A stretch of DNA of 64,000 bases from an uncultured Actinomycetes bacterium. Its GTDB lineage: Bacteria > Actinomycetota > Thermoleophilia > UBA2241. This document shows, one piece after another, positions 35,924 through 43,939 of the stretch. Each line of letters starts with the position of its first letter. Positions within the stretch are counted from its first letter, which is position 1. Location: the NCBI GenBank assembly GCA_963783865.1, contig CAWAPD010000002.1:54950-118949 (forward strand), read 5' to 3'. The position numbers were made by a program, and so were the translations under genes. The notes below the pieces were generated by a model, which ran no database searches, was not told the DNA's origin, and saw nothing but the letters and a program-made list of their open reading frames with translations.

Positions 35924-37330
35924 CTAGCCGAAGAGCTCGGAGACCGCCTCGCGGAACACCGCCGTGTGGAGGTCCACGTCGGCCTCGCTCGTCGCCGGGC
36001 ACATCAGCGCCATGTTGTGGAACGGGGTCATCAGGATCCCGCGGTTCACGGTATACAGATGCATGTACTCGTCGAGCCCGGCGTCGTGGGCGGCCGCCGA
36101 CTCGGCGCCGCTGGCGGGCACCTCGGGCGTGAAGCGATACTCGGCCCGGGCGCCGACCTGGACGATGGTCCAGGGCACGCCGAGCTCGTCGAGCACTTCC
36201 TCGACGCCTTCGCGGTAGCGGGTGGCGAGCGCGAGCATGTGGTCGAACGCCTCGCGCGTCAGCACCTGCTCGAGCGTCGCCCGCGCGGCCGCCGTCGACA
36301 GGGCGTTGCCGGCGAGCGTGCCGCCGACGCCGCCCTGGTCGACCAGGTCGGCGTCGGCGTCGGCCAGGATCCGCTCGGCGACGGCGGCAGACAGGCCGTA
36401 GGCGCCGATCGGCACACCGCTGGCCAGTGCCTTGCCGATGGTCACGATGTCGGGCTTGAGACCCCAGGCGCCCGTGCAGCCGCCGTAGCCGCCGCTGAAC
36501 GTGTGCGTCTCGTCGTAGATCAGCAGCGTGCCGGTCTCGCGGCAGACCTCCTCGACCTTCTTCAAGAACCCGGGCTGGGGCGGCACGATGCCGATGTTGG
36601 TCATCGCAGGCTCCATCAGCACGCAGGCGACGTCGCGCGGCGCCAGCGCCTCGCGCAGCGCCGCGATGTCGTTGAACTCCACGACCTTGGTCGTCTCGGT
36701 GGGGTCGACCTGGGGACCGACGTTGCCCGGCTTGGAGGCCGGACGCCCGTCGGGACCGACAACGATCACCGTCTCGTCGACACTGCCGTGGTAGCAGCGC
36801 GAGAACACCAGCACGTAGGGCCGCTTCTGGATCTGGCGGCACATGCGCAGGACGAACCGGTTGGCGTCGGTGGCCGAGAGCGTGAACTGCCAGTAGGGCA
36901 GCCCGAAGCGACGGCCGAGCTCGGCCCCGACCGCGGCCGCGTCAGCCGTGGGCAGCATGGTCGTCAGGCCGCCCTGCAGCTCCATGCGGCGCCTGATCGC
37001 GGCCACGACCGGCTCCGGAGAGTGCCCCGTCATGGCGCCGGTGTCGCCGAGACAGAAGTCGACGTAGGTGGAACCGTCGACGTCGGTGATGCGGTTGCCA
37101 TGGGCCGACTCGAAGTACAAGGGGAATCCGCCGGACCAGATGCTCATCCAGCTCATCGGCACGCCGGCGAGCAGGGTCTCCCGAGCGCTGTCGAAGAACT
37201 CACGCGAACGCGGATGATCGTCGGCGTAGCGGGCGCGCTCGCGGTCGAGCAGCCGCGCGAGACGGGCGCGGTCGAGCTCGCGATACTCGTCGTCGTACTC
37301 GCGAGCGAGGTTGGTGTCACCCAGCATCAT
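35924..37330 (-). CDS. Class III PLP aminotransferase (glutamate-1-semialdehyde aminomutase-like family)
   Basis: 'LMEPAMTNIG', 'LLIYDETHT' and the PLP-lysine context 'DIVTIGKALASGVP'. Start at ATGATG 37330. Confidence 0.85.
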   Translation of the reverse strand: MMLGDTNLAREYDDEYRELDRARLARLLDRERARYADDHPRSREFFDSARETLLAGVPMSWMSIWSGGFPLYFESAHGNRITDVDGSTYVDFCLGDTGAMTGHSPEPVVAAIRRRMELQGGLTTMLPTADAAAVGAELGRRFGLPYWQFTLSATDANRFVLRMCRQIQKRPYVLVFSRCYHGSVDETVIVVGPDGRPASKPGNVGPQVDPTETTKVVEFNDIAALREALAPRDVACVLMEPAMTNIGIVPPQPGFLKKVEEVCRETGTLLIYDETHTFSGGYGGCTGAWGLKPDIVTIGKALASGVPIGAYGLSAAVAERILADADADLVDQGGVGGTLAGNALSTAAARATLEQVLTREAFDHMLALATRYREGVEEVLDELGVPWTIVQVGARAEYRFTPEVPASGAESAAAHDAGLDEYMHLYTVNRGILMTPFHNMALMCPATSEADVDLHTAVFREAVSELFG

Positions 37331-37363
37331 GGTCGTCTCCCAACGATCAGTGTGTGAAGAGCA

Positions 37364-37389
37364 AAACATTGAATGAGTGTTCAATGTTT
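37364..37389. promoter_or_regulatory. Candidate TetR operator: 10-bp perfect inverted repeat with 6-bp spacer
   Basis: AAACATTGAA-TGAGTG-TTCAATGTTT sits in an AT-rich island between the divergent starts 37330 (-) and 37442 (+). Confidence 0.6.
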
Positions 37390-37441
37390 GACCGAACATA
37401 TACCCCGGACTATGGTGAGTCAAGCCGTTCGTGGAGGAAGG

Positions 37442-38041
37442 ATGAAGCGAGCCGAACGTACGGAGCTGCGGCGCCGCGAGATCCTGGCGGCCTACTATCA
37501 GGCCCTGCTCGACGAGGGCCTGCAGGGTGCGTCGATCGCCAAGGTCGCGCAGCGGCTCGACGTCACCCCCAGCCTGCTCCTCCACTACTTCGGCACCAAG
37601 GAGCAGATGACGATCGCGCTCGTCGACTACCTGCTCGACGAGTTCCGCCACTCGTTCGCCGACCGGCTCGCCGCGATCGAGGACCCCGTCACGCGGCTGC
37701 GCACCATCCTCGACGCCCTGTTCAGCCCCGGGTACCACACGCTGCTCGACGACCGCGCCTTCTACGCCTGCTTCTACCTGAGCTTGCAGAACGACGAGGT
37801 CCAGAAGCGGTTCGCCGTGCTCGACGAGGCGACGATGCAGCTGGTCGAAGGGACCATCGTCGCCTGCATGGACGCGGGCGCGATCCCGCGCGGCGACGCG
37901 CGCGAGCTGGCGACGCTGGTCAACGTGCTGGAGGAGGGCTACGCCTTCCGCATCGGCGGCGACCCCGACGAGGCCGCCAAGACCGCCTTGGGCGACATGC
38001 TCAAGGGGAGGGCGGCGGCGCTGCTCGGGCTCGACGCCTGA
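37442..38041 (+). CDS. TetR-family transcriptional regulator
   Basis: SD GGAGGAAGG directly upstream. HTH 'ASIAKVAQRLDVTPSLLLHYFGTKEQM'. Confidence 0.88.
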   Translation: MKRAERTELRRREILAAYYQALLDEGLQGASIAKVAQRLDVTPSLLLHYFGTKEQMTIALVDYLLDEFRHSFADRLAAIEDPVTRLRTILDALFSPGYHTLLDDRAFYACFYLSLQNDEVQKRFAVLDEATMQLVEGTIVACMDAGAIPRGDARELATLVNVLEEGYAFRIGGDPDEAAKTALGDMLKGRAAALLGLDA

Positions 38042-38044
38042 GGA

Positions 38045-38677
38045 TCAGGGCGTCGAGCCCGACTCTTCGCCGCCGCCCTCGAGCTTCGTGACCCGCCAGT
38101 CCCCGTCGCTGCCGCGGGTCATCTGGGCCGTCAAGTCGACCACGTCGCTCGTCGACGCGTCGACCCACTCGCCGTTCGCGTCCTGCTTCTGACCCCTGGC
38201 CCACTGCGTGACCGTGGCCGTGACCGTCGCCTGCGAGCCGTCCACCACGATCGTGTGGATGGTGACGTTGGAGACGCCCGCGCCCAGTGGGTAGTAGCCG
38301 GGGTCACTCTCGGCGGCGATGCCGCGGTCGAGGCCCGCCTTCGCCTGCACGGCGGCGTCGCCCGAGAAGTAGCGGGCGATGGTCGCCTCGGCGATCGCCC
38401 GCTGGTGCGCCAGCTCCGCCGCCGGCGGCGCGGCCGCGTTCTGCCCGGGGCCCAGCGGCTCGCGTGTGCCTGCCGGCGCCGTCACCGCCATCCGCGCCGC
38501 CATCGCCTCGCGGAACGCGATCTCCACTCTCGTATCTTGCGGTTGACAGCCGGCGGCCGAGATCAGCGCCCGGCCGAAGACCGCGAGCACAAGCGCCATG
38601 ATGAGCAGGAGGGCCACACGCACGTCCCAGGCGCTGCGGGGGACGATCCAGGCGCCGATCCTTCGCGGGGCGCTCAC
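38045..38677 (-). CDS. Membrane-anchored hypothetical protein
   Basis: N-terminal TM 'VRVALLLIMALVLAVFG' followed by a soluble domain. No family recognised. Confidence 0.55.
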   Translation of the reverse strand: MSAPRRIGAWIVPRSAWDVRVALLLIMALVLAVFGRALISAAGCQPQDTRVEIAFREAMAARMAVTAPAGTREPLGPGQNAAAPPAAELAHQRAIAEATIARYFSGDAAVQAKAGLDRGIAAESDPGYYPLGAGVSNVTIHTIVVDGSQATVTATVTQWARGQKQDANGEWVDASTSDVVDLTAQMTRGSDGDWRVTKLEGGGEESGSTP

Positions 38678-38882
38678 GCAGGTCCGCCTGCCGCCGGCGA
38701 GCTCGTGACGCTCCGCGCGAACGCTGTCCCGGGAGACTGGGCAGTCGAACTCGTCAGGTCAGTGCGGTCGATGACGGTACTACAGGCCGGCAACCGGTGC
38801 ATCGCACCCCTGTCGATGGAGGCTGTACGCAGGCGATTCTACTCTGGTCGCCCGGCGATGCGGCACCGGCCTCGGCGGCCCT

Positions 38883-41305
38883 CTACAGGGCGTCGAGCCC
38901 GGCGATCGCCAGCCAGATCGGACCCAGCCAGAAGTTCAGGCTGGACGACGGCGACGCGCTCGGCACAGGCGTGCTCGAGCTCGGGCTCCCCGACGGCGTC
39001 GGGGAGGCGCTCGCCGAGGCGGTCGGTGATGCGCTGGAACTCGGGGACGGACTGGGCGACGGCTTGGCGAACGTGCTCGGAGTCGCCGACGGCGTCGTCG
39101 ACGGCGCCACCGTCGGCCGCACCGACGAAGGCGGCGAGGAGCTCGGTGTCGGATCCGCCGTCGCGCCGACGCCGACGATCTCGACGGCGACCGGCAGCCG
39201 CGTCAGCTGCGCGCCACCCGAGGCCGGCCTGACGTTGAAGGTGACCGTCCCCTGCAGGTCTGCAAGGGCCGTACCCGCGGGGACGCAGAGCTCGAAGGCG
39301 AGCTTCTGCGTCTGCCCGGCCGCCAGCGTCACGCCGCCGTGGATGATGTCGCCGTGAGCGTCGCGGAAGCCGACTCCCCGGACCAGCGTGGCGACCGGCC
39401 CGGAAAGGGTGAAGGTCAGCGTCGCGGCCCCGGAGCTCGTCGACGTCAGGTCGAGCACGTCGTCGTAGACGGCCTTCTCGGTCCCCACCACCTCATCCCC
39501 GAAGTCGAGGGAGAGGTTGCCCTGCTTGTCTGAGGTGGCGATCGGTGCCTGCTGGGGGCAGCCGGTGGTCGAGTAGTGGGTGGCCTGGGAGCTCCCCGGA
39601 GCGAAGCTCAGGCAGGGCTTCTGGGCCAGGACCTTCACGGTCATCGGGATGACGTGGCTCTCGGCGCCGCCGACCACGGCCACCGTCAGGCTGCCGGTGT
39701 AGGTGCCGGGGGCGGTCGCGGCCGGCACGACGATCTTGACCGCGACGCTGCGCGTCTGCTTGGGGTTGAGGGCGCCGCCGGTCTTGTCGGAGGCGAAGCC
39801 GACGCTGGCGATCAGGGGCGCGATCGCCCCGCTGGGCGTGAACGAGACCTTGAGCGCGGCCGGGGCCGAGGAGGTGATGCGGAAGACGTCCGACCAGCTG
39901 GTCTGGCTGCCCACCACCTCATCCCCGAAGTCGAGGGAGAGGTTGCCCTGCTTGTCTGAGGTGGCGATCGGTGCCTGCTGGGGGCAGCCGGTGGTCGAGT
40001 AGTGGGTGGCCTGGGAGCTCCCCGGAGCGAAGCTCAGGCAGGGCTTCTGGGCCAGGACCTTCACGGTCATCGGGATGACGTGGCTCTCGGCGCCGCCGAC
40101 CACGGCCACCGTCAGGCTGCCGGTGTAGGTGCCGGGGGCGGTCGCGGCCGGCACGACGATCTTGACCGCGACGCTGCGCGTCTGCTTGGGGTTGAGGGCG
40201 CCGCCGGTCTTGTCGGAGGCGAAGCCGACGCTGGCGATCAGGGGCGCGATCGCCCCGCTGGGCGTGAACGAGACCTTGAGCGCGGCCGGGGCCGAGGAGG
40301 TGATGCGGAAGACGTCCGACCAGCTGGTCTGGTGCCCACCACCAGGTCCCCGAAGTCGAGGGAGAGGTTGCCCTGCTTGTCTGAGGTGGCGATCGGTGCC
40401 TGCTGGGGGCAGCCGGTGGTCGAGTAGTGGGTGGCCTGGGAGCTCCCCGGAGCGAAGCTCAGGCAGGGCTTCTGGGCCAGGACCTTCACGGTCATCGGGA
40501 TGACGTGGCTCTCGGCGCCGCCGACCACGGCCACCGTCAGGCTGCCGGTGTAGGTGCCGGGGGCGGTCGCGGCCGGCACGACGATCTTGACCGCGACGCT
40601 GCGCGTCTGCTTGGGGTTGAGGGCGCCGCCGGTCTTGTCGGAGGCGAAGCCGACGCTGGCGATCAGGGGCGCGATCGCCCCGCTGGGCGTGAACGAGACC
40701 TTGAGCGCGGCCGGGGCCGAGGAGGTGATGCGGAAGACGTCCGACCAGCTGGTCTGGCTGCCCACCACCAGGTCCCCGAAGTCGAGGGCGAGGTTGCCCT
40801 GCTTGTCTGAGGTGGCGATCGGTGCCTGCTGGGGGCAGCCGGTGGTCGAGTAGTGGGTGGCCTTCGAGCAGCCGGGGGCGAAGTGGAGGTTGTCGCCCCA
40901 GGTGCCGGTCGAGATCGTGTTGCCGGCGACCGACGGTGACGTCGTCCACCAGGCCAGAGCCTGCGACACCCCCAAGACGACCACGAGCAGCGTGGCCGCC
41001 ATGACTGCGACGCGCCGGCCAAGTGGCTTGCGGCGAGGCCGGCGATGCGCAACCTCGATCGGCAGGCTCGCCGGCCGCGCCGGGCCGGCACGCCGCCGCG
41101 CAGAGAGCTCGATTGGGATCGGCACCACGCGCGGCTTGGGGACAGCCGGGGGCCGCCACTCCATCGGAGCGACGACATCGTGCTCGAGCAGGTGCGACCG
41201 CAGGTGCCAGCGGTTGGCGAACGTCGCGCCGCAGTGCGAGCACACGAAGACGACCGACCCTGTCATCGGCTCACCGTCTTGACCACCCTGGTCTTTCGGC
41301 CTCAT
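38883..41305 (-). pseudogene. Large surface repeat protein: N-terminal C2H2 zinc finger, TM/SipW-type signal-like segment, 3 near-identical + 1 divergent ~142-aa repeats, S/T/P linker, C-terminal hydrophobic tail. Interrupted by a 1-nt deletion at ~40332/40333
   Basis: Two overlapping track ORFs (40238-41305 and 38883-41243) carry the same repeat sequence in different frames. Intact copies read GGCAGCCAGACCAGCTGG (GSQTSW). Copy 2 reads GGCACCAGACCAGCTGG. The likely start is ATG 41269 (MTGSVVF..) or ATG 41305. Confidence 0.8.
39484..40865 (-). repeat. Tandem direct repeat, unit 426 bp, about 3.2 copies, near-identical
   Basis: Unit starts (CCCACCACC..) at 39484, 39910, 40335 and 40761. The antisense track ORFs at 39576, 40002 and 40427 give identical 110-aa translations. 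The differences are a 1-nt deletion in copy 2 and CTCATC versus CAGGTC at the junctions. Confidence 0.95.
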
Positions 41306-41323
41306 GTCCGGTCACCGGGCCAC

Positions 41324-41357
41324 CGGGCGGGGCGGCGGCAAGCCGCCGCCCCGCCCG
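41324..41357 (-). terminator. Perfect hairpin (16-bp stem) after the TasA-like gene
   Basis: CGGGCGGGGCGGCGGC-AA-GCCGCCGCCCCGCCCG, 14 nt downstream of the stop at 41371. Confidence 0.55.
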
Positions 41358-41370
41358 GCAAGGCGCTATC

Positions 41371-42039
41371 TCACCACCCGCCCGCGGCGTCGAACTGCTC
41401 GACCTGCTCACCGTGCAAGTTGATCGAGAAGCCGACGGTCTTGCCCTGCGTGTCGTTGCCGGCGGTCTGGTCGAGCCAGACGGCGATCTTGTAGACGCCG
41501 GTCTCGCCGGGGTTGATCGGGGTCTTCACACCGGTGCCGTTCAGACCACTGGTGCTGCCCAGATAGACCTTGCCCTGGGCCGAGCTGTTCCAGATCGTGC
41601 CCAGCATGCCGCCGAACACCTGGTAGTTGCCTGTGTTGTTGAAGGTGTTGGTCCAGCCGCTGTTGTTGGTCGCGGGGTTCAGCCAGATGCGGACGTGCAC
41701 GTAGTCGACGAGGCCCACGTAGCCGGCCGGGTCGGCGAGGAACACGTAGAACATCAACGGTACGGACCCCTGGTTCTGGACGTAGATGTAACTCACGCTC
41801 GGGTAGGTGCTGTCCGGCAGGGATCCCGTCAGATCCGCCGGCGGGTCGACCTGGGGCACGAGGCCACTTAAGGCGATCGGCGCGCCACCTACGACGAGGG
41901 TCGCGGTGTCCGACGTGAGTGTGTTGCCTCCCACGGCCGGGTCGCTCGTCCACCACCCGAAGGCGACACCCGCTAGGGCCGTGGCGGCCGCCAGCACGAC
42001 GACAACGATGAGCGCGACGATGAGCGTCTTTCTCTTCAT
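41371..42039 (-). CDS. Secreted protein with TasA/camelysin (SipW-type signal) N-terminal motif
   Basis: ATG 42039 after SD AAGGGGGGA. Signal 'KTLIVALIVVVVLAAATALAGVAFGWW' followed by 'TSDPAVGGNTLTSDTATL'. This resembles the A-x-F-S-D-x5-N-x-F-x-x-G-T-L signature after SipW-type signal peptides. Confidence 0.7.
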   Translation of the reverse strand: MKRKTLIVALIVVVVLAAATALAGVAFGWWTSDPAVGGNTLTSDTATLVVGGAPIALSGLVPQVDPPADLTGSLPDSTYPSVSYIYVQNQGSVPLMFYVFLADPAGYVGLVDYVHVRIWLNPATNNSGWTNTFNNTGNYQVFGGMLGTIWNSSAQGKVYLGSTSGLNGTGVKTPINPGETGVYKIAVWLDQTAGNDTQGKTVGFSINLHGEQVEQFDAAGGW

Positions 42040-42464
42040 TGGTCCCCCCTTCAAACTGCCTAAGAAGAAGTCAGGCCGCGCGACAAGCGCGGCCGGAACG
42101 GCTAGCTCTCACACCCGCATCCCCCCTTTGGCGGGAGCCGGAGCTCCACGGCGCCGCCGCGCAGCACACGAACGCTACGCATGCAGCGGCGCGGTACTCT
42201 TTTCGAAGAACTCGAACGACGGTGAGGCCGCACAGGAACGCGCAGGAAGATGGCGGCGTGAAGCCGTGCGACCAACGTGCGGAATCACATGTGCGACCAC
42301 AGGGCCCACCCCCCCGAGCGTCGCGTTCCCAGACTCCCGTAAGGAGACAGTTCTATGACGGCACTACGAAAGGTTCAAGCGTTTGTCTGTAGCCAGTTCA
42401 GACAACAGCGGCCGGGCTCGGCGAGACGGAGGTCGCGCGCTCTGTGGACGGAGGAAAGGAGAGA

Positions 42465-42540
42465 TGGTGGGCGACGTTGGAATTGAACCAACGACCTCCA
42501 GCTTGTCGAGCTGGCGCTCTCCCAACTGAGCTAGTCGCCC
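42465..42540 (-). tRNA. tRNA-Val (anticodon GAC), 76 nt with encoded CCA
   Basis: Reverse complement: GGGCGAC-TA-GCTC-AGTTGGGA-GAGC-G-CCAGC-TCGACAA-GCTGG-AGGTC-GTTGG-TTCAATT-CCAAC-GTCGCCC-A-CCA. All four stems are perfect. The anticodon is at 42505-42507. Confidence 0.93.
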
Positions 42541-42624
42541 ACGCAGAACCGGGAGTATAGCAAACGGGTCAGATGGGAGCATTCCGTCCGCGCGGTTCTG
42601 GTCTAGACTGCTCGCGTGGGTGCG

Positions 42625-43386
42625 ATGCGAAACACCCTGCTCGTGGCCCTGGCGGTCGCGGCGTTCGTGGCCGCCGGCTGTGGAACGGGGACCAAAGGGC
42701 CGAGGGCGACGGTGACGGTCACGGCGACGGCGCAGCCGTCGCCGACCTCGTCATCATCACCCTCGGCCTCACCTTCCCCCACCGCGCCACCCTCCCCCAT
42801 CGCGCCGCCGGCCTTCTCCGTCACGATCGCCCGGATCGATCCGGCGACCCGCCAGGCGATGCTCGAGTCCGGCTCCTGGGCGCCCGGCGACCCGGTCGCG
42901 ATCTCCGCCCTGCGCCTGCTGACGCTGAGCTACTGGGGCTTCGACGGCGCGGCGCACACGGGGCAGCTCGTGGTCAACGCCAGCGTGGCGGGCGACGTGG
43001 CGAGGGCCATGAAGGCCCTCTACGTCGCCCGCTTCCCGATCCGCCGCATGCGCCTCGTCGACGCCTACGGCGCCAGCGACGACCGCTCTATGGCGGCCGA
43101 CAACACCTCCGCCTACAACGGCCGCAAGGTCTCGGGCACCACCTCCTGGTCGATGCACGCCTACGGCCTGGCGATCGACATCGACCCGCTCGAGAACCCC
43201 GAGGTCCAGAACGGCAAGGTCTACCCCCCGACCGGGGCGCGGTACGTCGACCGGTCGCTCCACGCGAAGGGGATGATCCACCCGGACGACGCGGTCGTCC
43301 GGGCGTTCGCCGCGATCGGCTGGAAGTGGGGCGGCGACTGGCACTCGCTGAAGGACTACCAGCACTTCTCGAGCAACGGCCTCTAG
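42625..43386 (+). CDS. M15-family (VanY/D-Ala-D-Ala carboxypeptidase-like) peptidoglycan peptidase, lipoprotein
   Basis: Lipobox 'FVAAGCG' and an S/P-rich linker. Zn-site regions 'SWSMHAYGLAIDI' and 'GGDWHSLKDYQHF'. Confidence 0.8.
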   Translation: MRNTLLVALAVAAFVAAGCGTGTKGPRATVTVTATAQPSPTSSSSPSASPSPTAPPSPIAPPAFSVTIARIDPATRQAMLESGSWAPGDPVAISALRLLTLSYWGFDGAAHTGQLVVNASVAGDVARAMKALYVARFPIRRMRLVDAYGASDDRSMAADNTSAYNGRKVSGTTSWSMHAYGLAIDIDPLENPEVQNGKVYPPTGARYVDRSLHAKGMIHPDDAVVRAFAAIGWKWGGDWHSLKDYQHFSSNGL

Positions 43387-43428
43387 GGCGAGTGCCCCTC
43401 GCCGCCCCGGCACGACGCGCGCCGGCGC

Positions 43429-43929
43429 CTACTCGCGCACGAACTCCTCGGCCAGCAGCTCCATGAGCAGCCCGTCGCGCCAGTGGCCGTCGGCGACACG
43501 CTCGTACCGGCGCAGCACACCGACCGGCTTGAAGCCGAGCTTCTCGTAGACGTGGATCGCGCGCGCGTTGGCGGCCGCCGGGTCGACGGTCAGGCGGTGG
43601 TGGCCCCGTTCGTCGATCAGCCACGCGATCAGCGTGCGCATCGCGTCGGCGCCCGTCCCGAGACCCATGAAGGCCGTGCCGATGAAGAGGTCGACGGCGG
43701 CCGAGCGGTAGTCCGGGTCGGTCTCGGCCACGTACTGGATGCAGCCGGCGACGGCGCCGTCCACGTCGATCGCGTAGACGATCGCCCCGCCCTCCTTGAC
43801 GCGCTCCCACTCGTCGCGCCGCCACCAGGCCGCGACCTCCGGCTCGGCCAGGATCGCAGCCAGCGGCTCGACGTCGTCGTCGGTCGCCGGCCGCAGGGCG
43901 ACGATCCGCCCCCGAAGGACCCGGCTCAT
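43429..43929 (-). CDS. GNAT-family N-acetyltransferase
   Basis: 'LRPATDDDVEPL', 'MGLGTGADAMRTLIAWL' (the Q/R-x-x-G-x-G/A-like acetyl-CoA site) and 'NARAIHVYEKLGF'. Confidence 0.85.
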   Translation of the reverse strand: MSRVLRGRIVALRPATDDDVEPLAAILAEPEVAAWWRRDEWERVKEGGAIVYAIDVDGAVAGCIQYVAETDPDYRSAAVDLFIGTAFMGLGTGADAMRTLIAWLIDERGHHRLTVDPAAANARAIHVYEKLGFKPVGVLRRYERVADGHWRDGLLMELLAEEFVRE

Positions 43930-43939
43930 CGCGGACAGG

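Noticed and set aside
39484-40865. Possible CRISPR array or IS/MITE because of regularly spaced identical sequence
   Set aside because: The period is 426 bp with no unique spacers, and the copies are contiguous and in-frame within a coding sequence. There are no cas genes or terminal inverted repeats. It is a coding tandem repeat.
42364-42582. 72-aa minus-strand ORF
   Set aside because: It completely overlaps the tRNA-Val gene. The 'protein' is just the tRNA read as codons.
42040-43400. Genomic island or prophage integrated at tRNA-Val
   Set aside because: There is no integrase, transposase or direct repeat of the tRNA 3' end on either side. The flanking genes (M15 peptidase, GNAT, prfB) look like ordinary chromosome.
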